60,702 nt of DNA from a candidate division WOR-3 bacterium (GCA_015490465.1 WFXS01000042.1:1-60702), one strand, 5' to 3'. Numbered from the stretch's first letter, positions 46,930 through 57,184 are shown. Numbers and translations: made by a program. Notes: generated from the letters alone by a model not told the origin.

Positions 46930-47574
46930 ATGAGGCTGATAGGAGATAAGTTTCCAGAGATAGAGGTGGAGACGACCCACGGAAAGATAAAGCTGCCCGA
47001 TCACTTTGCGGGTAAGTGGTTCATACTCTTCAGCCATCCCGCCGACTTTACCCCCGTCTGTACGACGGAGTTCTACTCCTTCCAGAAGCACTACGACGAC
47101 TTCCGCAACCTCGGGGCAGAGCTGATAGGTCTGTCCGTAGATCAGGTCTTCTCCCACATCAAGTGGGTGGAGTGGATAGAGGAGAAGCTCGGTCTGAAGA
47201 TAGAGTTCCCCATCATAGCCGACCACACCCTTGACGTCTCTAAGGAGCTCGGCCTGATACACCCCAACAAGGATACGACCACCGTCCGCGCCGTCTTCAT
47301 AGTGGACCCCAACGGTGTAATCCGCGCCATAATCTACTACCCGCAGGAGATCGGACGTAACATTCCCGAGATTGTACGCGCCCTCAAGGCCCTCAAGACC
47401 TTTGACGAGAAGAAACTCGCCGTACCCGCCAACTGGCCCGAGAACGAACTGATAGGGGACAGGCTCATAGTACCGCCGGCGAAGAGCGTGGAGGACGCCA
47501 AGGCCCGCCTTGAGGCCGCGAAGAAGGGCGAACACGAGTGTTACGACTGGTGGTTCTGTCACAAGAAGGCCTGA
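46930..47574 (+). CDS. peroxiredoxin (Prx6/1-Cys-like, thermophile type with a C-terminal Cys pair)
   Basis: The protein is 214 aa. It has '[14 protein letters not shown]' (peroxidatic Cys) and the C-terminal '[11 protein letters not shown]'. A strong SD (AAAGGAGG) lies upstream. Confidence 0.92.
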   Translation: MRLIGDKFPEIEVETTHGKIKLPDHFAGKWFILFSHPADFTPVCTTEFYSFQKHYDDFRNLGAELIGLSVDQVFSHIKWVEWIEEKLGLKIEFPIIADHTLDVSKELGLIHPNKDTTTVRAVFIVDPNGVIRAIIYYPQEIGRNIPEIVRALKALKTFDEKKLAVPANWPENELIGDRLIVPPAKSVEDAKARLEAAKKGEHECYDWWFCHKKA

Positions 47575-47597
47575 GAGAGGGAAATTCGGAAAGGATA

Positions 47598-47623
47598 GGG
47601 GAGGCTACGCCTCCCCTTTTTTT
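47598..47623 (+). terminator. intrinsic terminator after the peroxiredoxin gene
   Basis: The sequence is GGGGAGGC-TAC-GCCTCCCC followed by T7. Confidence 0.65.
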
Positions 47624-47630
47624 GTTCCAC

Positions 47631-47660
47631 TTGACGTACCTGTCCTCGCGCCTTTAAAAT
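47631..47660 (+). promoter_or_regulatory. candidate sigma70-type promoter (TTGACG-N18-TAAAAT) giving a near-leaderless transcript
   Basis: The -35 is at 47631-47636 and the -10 at 47655-47660. The ATG of the next gene is at 47670, only 9 nt after the -10. Confidence 0.35.
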
Positions 47661-47669
47661 CCACTTACC

Positions 47670-48464
47670 ATGCGTAGAGTTTTGATGGCGTTTCTTCTGG
47701 TTGGTGTTATAGCTTCGTGTAAGAAGGCCACGGAACCGGATACGGGATCTGGACCGGAACCGGAGCCGACCCCCACACCGGAAAGTACGGTGGTGTACTT
47801 CGGACTTGACAGTACCTTCGTGTACAGGGATAGCCTCTACATCTTCAGCTCGGACAGCTCCTCCATAGATACCGTGAAGAGGACCTTCTTTGACGGTATA
47901 ACCTCAGGTGGGTTCTACCTCGTCCCCTTCAGGGACTCTACCTACTCCAGCGGTCAGGTGAGGGAGGATACCTTCAAGGTGAGCGGCGACACCCTCTACC
48001 TGAAGATCCGCTTCGCCATGGATACCGTAAGCCTCGGTCTGGTCCTTGACTACCTCGTAGGGGTCAAACCCCTCGCCGTGGGTCAGTCCTGGACCCCTCT
48101 GACCCCCGCCGTGTATCCTCTTACGGATTCCCTCATAAGTCCCCAGAGCGGATGTACCCTCTACGTTTACTTTGACTCCCTGAGTGTAGACTCCTCCTTC
48201 GCCAGCGTTCTGGATACCACCACCGTAACCACGCCTCTGGACACGTACACCGGCGTTTACCGGGTGATCTACCGCCACTACCTCAAGCTCTACTTCCACA
48301 CCACCGGGTGCTTCACCCTGAACGGCACGGCCGATATAGCCATGAGGGACACCTCCTACTTCAAGACGTACTACGGCCTCGTGCAGTCGGACGTGTTTAC
48401 GCGAATAGTATCTCTGGTTAGTACGGACTCCACGAAGAACCACAGGGTACTCATAGGGAGGTGA
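47670..48464 (+). CDS. hypothetical lipoprotein
   Basis: The protein is 264 aa. It has a signal peptide plus lipobox, 'LLVGVIASC|KK', then a Pro/Glu/Thr linker and a beta-rich body. Confidence 0.5.
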   Translation: MRRVLMAFLLVGVIASCKKATEPDTGSGPEPEPTPTPESTVVYFGLDSTFVYRDSLYIFSSDSSSIDTVKRTFFDGITSGGFYLVPFRDSTYSSGQVREDTFKVSGDTLYLKIRFAMDTVSLGLVLDYLVGVKPLAVGQSWTPLTPAVYPLTDSLISPQSGCTLYVYFDSLSVDSSFASVLDTTTVTTPLDTYTGVYRVIYRHYLKLYFHTTGCFTLNGTADIAMRDTSYFKTYYGLVQSDVFTRIVSLVSTDSTKNHRVLIGR

Positions 48465-48706
48465 GCATGGAGATCACCCCCGAGACGACGGTTGAGGAGG
48501 TAGTCATCAGGTATCCTGAGTCCGTGGATATCTTCTTCAAGTACGGTATACCGGCCATAGCGTGCGGTGCCCCCATCTGGGGGACGATAGGGGAGAACGC
48601 CGAGAAGTACGGCGTCAAGGATCTGGACGCCCTCCTCAGGGAGCTGAACGACCTGGCCAGAAAGAAGGGAGGGAAGATAGACGTAAAACTCATGCCCGGC
48701 TCGTGA
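48461..48706 (+). CDS. DUF1858 (hybrid-cluster-protein-associated redox-disulfide-like) domain protein
   Basis: The protein is 81 aa. 'ITPETTVEEVVIRYPESVDIFFKYGIPAIACGAPIWGTIGENAEKYGVKDLDALLRELN' matches the DUF1858 pattern. Only one Cys of the usual pair is retained. Confidence 0.7.
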   Translation: MSMEITPETTVEEVVIRYPESVDIFFKYGIPAIACGAPIWGTIGENAEKYGVKDLDALLRELNDLARKKGGKIDVKLMPGS

Positions 48707-49155
48707 TGGAGGATCTGCACTGCCTTAAGGAGACTCTGGTGGGTGAGGGCCTTACGGTTTCTGCCGCCGAATCCTGTACGGGTGGGGCCCTCGCCCACGC
48801 CCTGACCTCCATACCGGGATCGTCGGAGTACTTTCTCGGTAGCGTCGTTGCCTACTCCGTGGACGTTAAGGTCAAAGTGCTTGGGGTAAAGAGGGAAACG
48901 GTTGAGAAGTATACCGTGTACTCCCCTCAGGTTGTACGTGAGATGGCCGAGGGTATAAGAAAAATGACCGGTTCGGACGTTGCCCTGTCCACGAGCGGGG
49001 AGTTCAACGGTAGAGGGTACTTCTACTACTGTATAATCACGCCGTACGGGAAAGATGTGGGGAAGGTTGAGGTGGAAGGCGACAGAATAGAAATGAAGGA
49101 GAAGGCCGTACGTTTCCTTCTGCGTAGACTCCTGCGTATCCTCGTTACGTCCTGA
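48706..49155 (+). CDS. CinA C-terminal domain / nicotinamide-nucleotide amidohydrolase PncC-like
   Basis: The start is the ATG at 48706, overlapping the previous stop (TGATG). 'LTVSAAESCTGGALAHALTSIPGSSEYFLGSVVAYS...VKRETVEKYTVYSPQVVREMAEG' is the CinA_C signature. The longer track ORF from 48562 reads like out-of-context sequence. Confidence 0.85.
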   Translation: MEDLHCLKETLVGEGLTVSAAESCTGGALAHALTSIPGSSEYFLGSVVAYSVDVKVKVLGVKRETVEKYTVYSPQVVREMAEGIRKMTGSDVALSTSGEFNGRGYFYYCIITPYGKDVGKVEVEGDRIEMKEKAVRFLLRRLLRILVTS

Positions 49156-50065
49156 TCGGTGAGTACTTCGGATCCATGGGAACCGCCCTTATCCGGTCGG
49201 TTATCTGGGATATGAGGCCGGAAAGTACCCTGCCCGGCCCCACCTCCCAGGCCTCTCTGACCCCAATACCCACGGCCTCCCTGACCATATCAACGAAACG
49301 GACGGGAGAACTGAGCTGCCGTACCACCGCCCGCTTCACATCGCTGGCAGTGAGGGCCACCTTACCCGTCGTGTTCATTACTATGGGGACGACCGGATCC
49401 CTGAACCTTACCCCGTCAAGGATTCGGGCCAGACGGTTGGATGCCCCCTCCACCAGGGGAGAGTGGGAGGCGAAACTGATCTTCAGCCTTACCGCCCGTA
49501 TACGCGCCCTCATCCGTCGGGCCTGTTTTTCTATAAAATCCACTACTTTATCAAGCTCAACCCTATGGCCGGATAACACGATCTGTTTGGGTGAGTTGTA
49601 GTTGGATATGACCACACCGACGGAGGTTAGCCTTTTCAGTACCTCCTCGGCGAGGCTTAAGACGTTCTCCCCTATGAGGGCCACCATGCCCCCTTCCCTC
49701 CCGGAGTCCTCAACTATTATACGTCCTCTCTCAAGGACCAGACTTAAGGCGGTCTCAAAGTCCAGGACGCCGGCGGCGTACAGGGCCGCCAGTTCGCCCA
49801 GGCTATGTCCAAAGACTACGTCGGGGGAGGTGTCGCGTTTCAGAACGTCGTACAGGGCAGCCTCGTAGAGGAATACGGCCGGATGGGTGTTCTCCGTCCT
49901 CCTCAACTCCTCGTCGGACAGGTCGTACAGCAGGTGCCGGAGTGGTCTCCCGCTTATCTTCTCGGCCCGTACGAGGGTTTCCTCAGCCTCCGGGTACCTC
50001 CGCACGAGTATCCTGCCCATACCGGTGTACTGACTGCCCTGCCCCGGAAAAGCGTAAGCCAGCAT
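49145..50065 (-). CDS. fabD: malonyl-CoA:ACP transacylase
   Basis: The protein is 306 aa. It has 'FPGQGSQYTGM', the active-site 'GHSLGE' and 'ASHSPL'. Confidence 0.92.
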   Translation of the reverse strand: MLAYAFPGQGSQYTGMGRILVRRYPEAEETLVRAEKISGRPLRHLLYDLSDEELRRTENTHPAVFLYEAALYDVLKRDTSPDVVFGHSLGELAALYAAGVLDFETALSLVLERGRIIVEDSGREGGMVALIGENVLSLAEEVLKRLTSVGVVISNYNSPKQIVLSGHRVELDKVVDFIEKQARRMRARIRAVRLKISFASHSPLVEGASNRLARILDGVRFRDPVVPIVMNTTGKVALTASDVKRAVVRQLSSPVRFVDMVREAVGIGVREAWEVGPGRVLSGLISQITDRIRAVPMDPKYSPIRT

Positions 50066-50118
50066 ATGCGACTATTCTAAGAGTAAAACCTCACCGTATG
50101 GTCGGACGGTGCAGGTGG

Positions 50119-52254
50119 TTATACTTCGGCCTCCTCCTTTTCCTCAGTCAGTACCCGCGGCCTCTCCACCCTCGTGTAGACCTCAAATACGTCTCCGGGC
50201 TTGAACTTGTTGAAGCTCTCAAGCCTGACACCGCACTCGTATCCCTCCTGCACCTCCCTGACGTCGTCCTTGAAACGCTTCAGGGATGCTATGCGGCTCT
50301 GGGCTATTACCTGTCCGTCCCTGACCACCTTTACAAGGGCGTCCCGGGTTATCTTCCCGGACCTTACGTAACATCCCGCCACCGTTCCGGCTTTGGTGCT
50401 GAAGGTGGCTTTAACCTCCGCTTCCCCTATCTTGACCTCCTCCACCTCAGGTTCAAGGTTGCTGGCGAGGATGTTCTTGAGCTCGTCAAGCAGGTGGTAG
50501 ATCACCTTGTGGGTGCGTATGGGGACACCGCGGGTCTCGGCCAGCTTACGGGCATCGCTGTTGACCTTGGTGTTGAAGCCGAGTATGACCCCCTCCGACG
50601 CCGTGGCGAGGTCCACGTCCGTAACGGTGATCGGTCCCACTCCGCTGTGGATGACCCTCGGCTCTATCTCCCTGTACTTCATCTTATGGATGGCCTGCAC
50701 GAGGGCTTCCACGGATCCCTGAGTGTCCGCCTTGACGATAACGGGGATTCTCAGTTTCTCACCGGCCTGAAGTTTCTCCTGAATCCGGCGCATTATCTTG
50801 ACGTCCACCCGCTTATCTATCTGGTACTTCATCGTACGGCGGTACTCCTCCGCTCTCTCTTTGGCCTCCTGTACGGACGGTACGACCACCAGTATATCTC
50901 CGGCTCTCGGCACCTCCTCAAACCCCTGCACAACTACGGGAGTCGCGGGCGTGGCTTCCTTAACCCTCCGGTTGGTCTCGTCGTACATGGCCCGGACCTT
51001 TCCGTAGGTGGGACCGCACCAGAAGGCGTCCCCGACCTTAAGGGTTCCCTTCTGAATTATCACGCTCCCGAGGGGACCCCTTCCCCTCGTGTCCATCCGG
51101 GACTCTATGACGACGGCACGGGCGGGTCCCTTGTACGGAGCCTTCAACTCCAGTTCTTCGGCTTTTAGAATAATGGCGTCCAAGAGGTCGTCTATCCCTA
51201 TCTTCTTGAGAGCGGAAACCTCCACCATTATCGTATCTCCGCCGTACTCCTCCGGAACCAGACCGTACTTCATCAGCTGGTTCTTCACCATCATGGGATC
51301 GGCACCGGGGACGTCTATCTTGTTTATGGCGACGATTATCGGAACTCCGGCCGTTTTGGCGTGGTTTATGGCCTCAACCGTCTGGGGCTTCACTCCCTCG
51401 TTGGCCGCCACCACAAGCACGACCATATCGGTCACCTGCGCCCCCCTTGCCCTCATGGCCGTAAAGGCCTCGTGTCCGGGAGTGTCTATGAAGATTATCT
51501 CGTAATCCCCCTTCTTCACCCTCCAGGCACCTATGCTCTGGGTTATACCTCCGGCCTCCTGCGCGGCCACGCTGGTTCCCCTTATGGCGTCAAGGAGGGT
51601 GGTCTTACCGTGGTCAACGTGTCCCATAACCGTGACTATAGGGGGTCTCGGTTTCCAGTCGGAGTAGAGGTTTTCGTCCTCCTCAACCAGCTCCTCGGCC
51701 GCCTCGGAGTACTCCACCTCCACGCCGAACTCCCCCGCGAGAACCTCTATGAGGTCGGGTTCAAGTATGTGGTTTATCGTGAGGAGCGTACCCATCTCAA
51801 AGGCCTTCTTGATGATCTCCTCCGGGTCCCTCCCCATGGCGTCGGCGAACTCTCTGAGGGACATGGGACCCGTTACGATTATCCTATCAACCTGCTTTTT
51901 GGGTTCGGCCTTCTGCTTTGGCTTCGGTTTCGTCCGACTCTTGGTCAGCTTCTTCGTCTGGCGGGGTTGCTTCTCGTCCCTCCTCCTGTCGTCCTTCTTC
52001 TTGGTCTTGCGGCCGGGCGGGGGCGGTGTAACCGGCCTGTATATCTGCTTCTTAACGTTCAACTCCCGGGAGATCTGACGCCTCTGCTCCTCTATCTTCC
52101 GGCGTACAAGCATCTCCATATCCCGGTTCAGGTTGTGGGTCTTACTCCGGACGTGCTTGTATCCGTTCTCCCGGAGTATCTGGATGATCACCTTCGGATC
52201 AACCTTCAGCTCTTCCGCCAGTTCGTAAAGCGGAACCGGTCCCTTTCTACGCAT
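50119..52254 (-). CDS. infB: translation initiation factor IF-2
   Basis: The protein is 711 aa. It has a Lys-rich N-terminal region. The G-domain has '[14 protein letters not shown]', 'DTPGHEAF' and 'NKID'. The C-terminal domains are typical of IF-2. Confidence 0.96.
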   Translation of the reverse strand: MRRKGPVPLYELAEELKVDPKVIIQILRENGYKHVRSKTHNLNRDMEMLVRRKIEEQRRQISRELNVKKQIYRPVTPPPPGRKTKKKDDRRRDEKQPRQTKKLTKSRTKPKPKQKAEPKKQVDRIIVTGPMSLREFADAMGRDPEEIIKKAFEMGTLLTINHILEPDLIEVLAGEFGVEVEYSEAAEELVEEDENLYSDWKPRPPIVTVMGHVDHGKTTLLDAIRGTSVAAQEAGGITQSIGAWRVKKGDYEIIFIDTPGHEAFTAMRARGAQVTDMVVLVVAANEGVKPQTVEAINHAKTAGVPIIVAINKIDVPGADPMMVKNQLMKYGLVPEEYGGDTIMVEVSALKKIGIDDLLDAIILKAEELELKAPYKGPARAVVIESRMDTRGRGPLGSVIIQKGTLKVGDAFWCGPTYGKVRAMYDETNRRVKEATPATPVVVQGFEEVPRAGDILVVVPSVQEAKERAEEYRRTMKYQIDKRVDVKIMRRIQEKLQAGEKLRIPVIVKADTQGSVEALVQAIHKMKYREIEPRVIHSGVGPITVTDVDLATASEGVILGFNTKVNSDARKLAETRGVPIRTHKVIYHLLDELKNILASNLEPEVEEVKIGEAEVKATFSTKAGTVAGCYVRSGKITRDALVKVVRDGQVIAQSRIASLKRFKDDVREVQEGYECGVRLESFNKFKPGDVFEVYTRVERPRVLTEEKEEAEV

Positions 52255-53479
52255 TCTCTCCGTTCTCCTTCTTTTCCTCTTGCTTTCGGGCTTTCTCCCT
52301 TATGGCCTCCTCAACGATATCTATCACCCTTATGGCCGTGGCCTCGTCCACGTCAAGGAGACGCTGGATATGGACGAGAGGAGGCAGTTTCTTGAAGTAC
52401 ACGAGGGCCGCCCTCTTCATCTTCTCGTATATCTGAGGTGGAAGCTTCTCCCTTATATCGTAGAGGGTTACGCCCTCCTCCGGAGGCTCGTACTCCGATA
52501 TGGGAAGGGCCATGATCCTCTTACCTACCAGACGGGAGGCGAGGATCACGTTCAGGCCCTCTTTGCCCTTCGCCTTTCCGAGGTCGTCCTCGTTCTCGTA
52601 GTAGACCCGGATCTCGTCCTCGGTTTCGTACGCGGCGACGGCGTTTTCTGCCGGCGATAGGGCCAGTACGGCGAACCTCACCCTATCGGGGTCGTACTCA
52701 ACCACCTCTATACTCTCGTTCCTTGGCAGCCTCCTCCTCAGGTCCCTGAGACGTATGCCCTTTTTACCCACGAGGCTCGTAACCGGGTTTACGAAGGGAT
52801 CGGTCGTGGAAACGGCCACCTTCGTTAAAACTCCGGCCTCGCGGGCTATCGCCCTTATCTGGACCGTGCCGTCGGAGACCTCAGGGATCTTCTCAAGGAG
52901 CGCCCTGACGTACGAGGGATGGGCCCGGGAGAGTATGAGGGGATAGGCGCTCCTCTCCTCTATACTGAGGACCACGGCATCTATATCCTGACCGGGGCGG
53001 TACACTTCCCCTTCCACCATGCCGGAAGGTTCTATGCGCCCCTCAATGCCTATGTCGTCAATCGTTACCCCGACCAGTATTCCCCGTCTCTTGTCCACCT
53101 TCTGTATCTTTCCCGTGACTATCTTTCCGATGTAGGGGGTAAGTTTGGCCAGCTTGGACCTCTGGATGTCGTACTTGATCATCTGGACGAAGTAGTTCTT
53201 CAGGGTATGGACGTCGTCTATACTCAGGCTGGAGGGATCTATTACCTCGGTCTTCTTCTCGTCGTCCGGGTACTTCAGGATGACCTTTATATCCCCTCTG
53301 TCAAGGTCAACGTGGGCCTCAACCTCCGGTTTGGGATGGGCGTACCTGTACTTATGCTCAAACGTGCGCTTTAAGGCCGCTTCCAGGACCTTACCGACCC
53401 TTCTGGAGTCCACGCCGTGCCTGTTGGCGAACTCTTCCAGAGCCAGTCGCAGTTCGTCAAACCTTATTCTGGTTTCCAT
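52247..53479 (-). CDS. nusA: transcription termination/antitermination factor NusA
   Basis: The protein is 410 aa. It has a NusA N-domain, an S1 domain ('GKIVTGKIQKVDKRGILV') and KH domains ('REAGVLTKVAV', 'VGKKGIRL'). It sits in the rimP-nusA-infB order. Confidence 0.95.
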   Translation of the reverse strand: METRIRFDELRLALEEFANRHGVDSRRVGKVLEAALKRTFEHKYRYAHPKPEVEAHVDLDRGDIKVILKYPDDEKKTEVIDPSSLSIDDVHTLKNYFVQMIKYDIQRSKLAKLTPYIGKIVTGKIQKVDKRRGILVGVTIDDIGIEGRIEPSGMVEGEVYRPGQDIDAVVLSIEERSAYPLILSRAHPSYVRALLEKIPEVSDGTVQIRAIAREAGVLTKVAVSTTDPFVNPVTSLVGKKGIRLRDLRRRLPRNESIEVVEYDPDRVRFAVLALSPAENAVAAYETEDEIRVYYENEDDLGKAKGKEGLNVILASRLVGKRIMALPISEYEPPEEGVTLYDIREKLPPQIYEKMKRAALVYFKKLPPLVHIQRLLDVDEATAIRVIDIVEEAIREKARKQEEKKENGENA

Positions 53480-53492
53480 TCTTACCTCCTTT

Positions 53493-53939
53493 TTAAACCT
53501 CGTCTAACCTGAGGAGGGCCACGTCCGCGAGGTTGAAGAACTTGCCACTAACCCCTACCGTGTTTTCCTCCTCGTTGTAGTAGTCCAGAACTCCCCTATA
53601 GGTCCTGCCGTCTTTCAGGACGAGGACGACCCTCTTTCCGATCGCCCAGTTTATCTCCCGCGGCTTTACGAGTCTCCTGTCCAGGCCCGGAGAGGACACC
53701 TCCAGAACGTAGGACTGGTCTATGAAGTCCGCCGCATCAAGCATGTCAGAGTAGGTGCGGGAGAACCTCTCAACGTCCCGTATGGTTATGCCACCCTCCC
53801 GGTCAATGAAGATACGCAGGGTTCCCTTCCTGCCCTCCTTCCACTCCACGTCCACCAACGTGAAGTTCATCTCGTCGGCCAGCTTCTCGGCCATCTCCTC
53901 CGCCTTCTTCTCTATCTCCTTCCCTTTTTCCCCGTTCAT
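53493..53939 (-). CDS. rimP: ribosome maturation factor RimP
   Basis: The protein is 148 aa. It has 'LVDVEWKEGRKGTLRIFIDREGGITIRDVERFSR...LEVSSPGLDRRL'. It lies upstream of nusA. Confidence 0.85.
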   Translation of the reverse strand: MNGEKGKEIEKKAEEMAEKLADEMNFTLVDVEWKEGRKGTLRIFIDREGGITIRDVERFSRTYSDMLDAADFIDQSYVLEVSSPGLDRRLVKPREINWAIGKRVVLVLKDGRTYRGVLDYYNEEENTVGVSGKFFNLADVALLRLDEV

Positions 53940-53991
53940 ATAACTGCGTATTATACCGTAGAATTGCGCATTACTTTACGATAAATTCGCC

Positions 53992-55644
53992 TTACGGACA
54001 GACCTTACCCTTGCACACTACCCCCCGCGTCGGGAAGGCGGACCTCACGCTCAGGGAGTCAACGGCCGGGTTGCTGAATCCGAGGCCTTTCCCCCTCAGG
54101 TTGACCTTCAGGTTGCCGTCCATATCCCAGAATACGCCCACACCCTGCGCGTTCCCGCTCCCGAGACAGAGGTTTCCGCACGTGTAGGTGTCCCTTCCTC
54201 CGCCGTCTAAAAGGAGACCGTAGGAGAAGTCGTGTCCCACACCCTGAGACGTGGACCTGGTGGATAGATATACGTCGTCTCCCCCTCTGTCGTAGAGCGC
54301 CCCTATCGCGAAGTGGGCAGCCGCTCCCTGAACGTACCACACTCCGGAGTAGGCGTCGTTGCCACTTCCGTCGTAAAGTACTCCCGTACCGAGCCAGTAC
54401 CCGGCCCCCTGAGCGAATACCCCGGCCTCGTACCTGTCGTCCCCCTCCCCGTCAAGGAGGAGACCCACACCTCCGGCGAGGGATCTCCCGTCAAAGAAGT
54501 CCCTCCTCTCGCCGAATCCCATACCCTGGCCGAGGCTGGAGTTGTGGCGGGGATCCTGCGGGGACGGGAAGAGGATCAGGGAGTCCTCCATGCTGTAGGA
54601 GTCGTTCCCTGAGAGGTCGGCCAGTATTCCAATACCCCTCACCCATCCGAATCCCTGAGCCTTCTGGTAGGCGTAGTAGGTATCGTTCCCGGAGACGTCT
54701 ATGAGGAGGCCCCCACCGTTGTACCCGGCTCCCTGTACGAAGACCTTACCCCTGTACGTGTCGTTTCCGGACAGGTCAAGGAGGACGCCGAAACCGGAGA
54801 ACCCTGCCCCCTGCCCTTCACCCTCGTATACGTCGTCCCCTCCCGCGTCCACGAAGGCGGCTACGGAGAAGAGACCGAACCCGACGGAACCGGTATAGGT
54901 GTCGTTCCCTCCGTTATCTACTCCTATGGCCACGGACTTATAGGTGTCGTCCCCACCGGCGTCCACGACTATCAGGGCGTCGGGGAAGCTGTCGTTCTCA
55001 GGCCCACCGAAGGAGACGTACCCCCACGGTGTCGGAACGTTGAGGCTCTTTATTTTGCTTCCCTCCCTTCGGAGGGCTGACCTCAGGGAGTCCAGAAGCA
55101 GGCACGCCACCTGAAAGGCGTAGGCTTCCTCGTTCAGATTGCTGAGGTTCTTCCTTTCAAATGCCCTCTTTTCCTTAAGGTTCAGGCTGTCCCAGATGTA
55201 CGCCCGGCTCCTTTTGGGGACCTTTCCGTCAAGGGCAATATAGAGCTTTAAGAGGGCGGTAACTATCCGGTTAACGGAACGGGGTACGTACTCCGGTATC
55301 ATCTGAAGGGTGTCCCTGTGGGCCTTCGTGAGTTTCTTCGCCCTGTCAAATACGAACTTTCCGAGGGGATTATCGCCCGTTATGCTGAGGACCTCCTCCC
55401 TGTAAACGTCTCCAACGATGCCGGCGCGGACGTTGTAGCCGGATAGTTTGGTTATCAGGGCGCAGGCGGGGAATAGTTTTAAGGTATCACCCTGGGCCTT
55501 CCACCTACGGGCTATCTTCTCGGCCGTCGTGTACGTCAGGTTGGGGTCGGATAGGTAAAGGTCGGTTATGGGAAGTGTGGTATGCCTGCCCGCCCAGAAG
55601 TTTATGGCGCTTAAAGAGATTACGAAGAGGGAGGAGTCTATCAT
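53992..55644 (-). CDS. hypothetical repeat protein (about ten 'G.G...G.L.D..G.D.Y' units, beta-helix/beta-roll-like), paralog A
   Basis: The protein is 550 aa. It has a helical N-terminal domain of about 210 aa, then repeats with a period of about 23 aa: DAGGDDTY, DNGGNDTY, DAGGDDVY, DLSGNDTY, DVSGNDTY, DLSGNDSY, DGEGDDRY, DGSGNDAY, DRGGDDVY, DGGGRDTY. Confidence 0.55.
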   Translation of the reverse strand: MIDSSLFVISLSAINFWAGRHTTLPITDLYLSDPNLTYTTAEKIARRWKAQGDTLKLFPACALITKLSGYNVRAGIVGDVYREEVLSITGDNPLGKFVFDRAKKLTKAHRDTLQMIPEYVPRSVNRIVTALLKLYIALDGKVPKRSRAYIWDSLNLKEKRAFERKNLSNLNEEAYAFQVACLLLDSLRSALRREGSKIKSLNVPTPWGYVSFGGPENDSFPDALIVVDAGGDDTYKSVAIGVDNGGNDTYTGSVGFGLFSVAAFVDAGGDDVYEGEGQGAGFSGFGVLLDLSGNDTYRGKVFVQGAGYNGGGLLIDVSGNDTYYAYQKAQGFGWVRGIGILADLSGNDSYSMEDSLILFPSPQDPRHNSSLGQGMGFGERRDFFDGRSLAGGVGLLLDGEGDDRYEAGVFAQGAGYWLGTGVLYDGSGNDAYSGVWYVQGAAAHFAIGALYDRGGDDVYLSTRSTSQGVGHDFSYGLLLDGGGRDTYTCGNLCLGSGNAQGVGVFWDMDGNLKVNLRGKGLGFSNPAVDSLSVRSAFPTRGVVCKGKVCP

Positions 55645-55687
55645 GCCCGAATTCTACGGTTGCGGCTGATACGAGGGGGTAAAGGGC

Positions 55688-57184
55688 TTATCTTACAACA
55701 ACTCTAAACACCTTACCCCCGACCTTAACGAAATACACACCTGCAGGCAAGGAGACCCTGCCCTCGCCCCTGAAAACGAGCCTTCCGCTCACGGAATACA
55801 CCTCACCGTACTCCGGAACTTCAATACCACCTCTCACAACCTTGATAGTGGCCTTCCCTGTTTTCCTCACAACCTCCTCAACCCCGGTGATCTCGCTCAC
55901 TATACCCCTGAAGAACCATGCGTTCCCTCCACCGGAGAAGATATAACCATCACGAGACCTATCACCACCAGTGTAGTAATACACCGTATCCCTATACGTT
56001 ATCAAACTCGCATAATCATTGCCCGGTTTGTTGTGGCAGGCGGGAAACATATCGGGATGGTAGCCCCAAGCAGATGCTATCCTTCTGTTCCTCCACACAC
56101 CTCCATCCATCCATCCGTACATCACCATGCTCGTATCGGGAAGGATGTCAGATCTGACTCTCTCAACGAAAAACAAAAGAAGCGTATCTCCAGAGGAGGA
56201 TAAAACGGGATTTCCTTGAATGTTGTCACTTCTGTAAACTGCACTATCTATCCACGTTGTCCCTCCGTCAAAGCTGTAGGAGACGTATACGTTGCACCTC
56301 CCTGTGTCGCTGCGGTCGTTCCCATAGACGTAAGCAACCGCAAGACCGTTTATACCAAAGGCCGATATGCTCTTGAGATTCTTCTTAAACCCTGCTGTGG
56401 GCATATCGCATCTTACGTTCGCAGCCCTCCTGTAGAACCGTGCTGCTATACTCGGTACCTCGTCCCACGTCGTGCCATTGTCCATGGAGTAGAGGACGTG
56501 GATGTAAACGGAGTCAGTAGGTGGTCGTCTTTTCTGCTCCACAGCGAGGTAAAATACACCGTTGTAATACGTAAGATATGGAAGATTAAATTTTGAGTTC
56601 GGAGCAAATATTCTCTTCCTGATCACCCAATCACCCGGCGCACCGTGGTTGTCGTTGGTAAGGATAAAGACTGTGTCCTCCTTCATCCACGCCCCTATCA
56701 CCCTGCTACTGCTTAAAACTCCCATCACCCACGGTTTGTCCCTCCTCGTTGGATTGTATTCGTGCATGTTATAGCACTCCCAGTTGCTTGCCACACGGGG
56801 GTTTAATGAGTCTCTACAGAAAACTATCATACGTGATGTGGGAGAAGTCTTTGAATAAGCCAGACCTATCAGATAGAACCCATTAGGATTGTCTCCCATT
56901 ATGCTGACGGAGGGATCTGCCATCATATACTCGCTCGTATCCATCACCCACCCATCGCTGAAAGTACCCATCAGGTCTTTAACGTGATTCCAGATGTGTC
57001 CTCTGTTGTTGCTCGCAAATATGCTTATCGTCCAGAAGTTATTAGGCCAGTTTCTGTTTAGTACTGCTGCCACTAAATAGCCGTCGTTGAGGGCGAGGTC
57101 TCCTTCAAGGTAGCTCTGGGAACAGTAGTTGGGTATGTCTTTGTTTATGCGTGTTGCGAAGAAGAGGGCCATTAACAGGAGCAT
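55688..57184 (-). CDS. BNR/Asp-box (sialidase-like beta-propeller) protein with a T9SS C-terminal sorting domain
   Basis: The protein is 498 aa. The Asp-boxes are 'SNNRGHIW', 'SMDNGTTW' and 'SFDGGTTW'. The C-terminus is 'VYSVSGRLVFRGEGRVSLPAGVYFVKVGGKVFRVVVR'. Confidence 0.65.
   Translation of the reverse strand: MLLLMALFFATRINKDIPNYCSQSYLEGDLALNDGYLVAAVLNRNWPNNFWTISIFASNNRGHIWNHVKDLMGTFSDGWVMDTSEYMMADPSVSIMGDNPNGFYLIGLAYSKTSPTSRMIVFCRDSLNPRVASNWECYNMHEYNPTRRDKPWVMGVLSSSRVIGAWMKEDTVFILTNDNHGAPGDWVIRKRIFAPNSKFNLPYLTYYNGVFYLAVEQKRRPPTDSVYIHVLYSMDNGTTWDEVPSIAARFYRRAANVRCDMPTAGFKKNLKSISAFGINGLAVAYVYGNDRSDTGRCNVYVSYSFDGGTTWIDSAVYRSDNIQGNPVLSSSGDTLLLFFVERVRSDILPDTSMVMYGWMDGGVWRNRRIASAWGYHPDMFPACHNKPGNDYASLITYRDTVYYYTGGDRSRDGYIFSGGGNAWFFRGIVSEITGVEEVVRKTGKATIKVVRGGIEVPEYGEVYSVSGRLVFRGEGRVSLPAGVYFVKVGGKVFRVVVR

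Noticed and set aside
48562-48705. An N-terminal extension of the CinA/PncC-like ORF (RCPHLGDDRGERREVRRQGSGRPPQG...).
   Set aside because: The extension lies entirely inside the DUF1858 gene in another frame and reads as low-complexity Arg/Gly sequence. The family-typical N-terminus begins at the ATG at 48706, which overlaps the previous stop.
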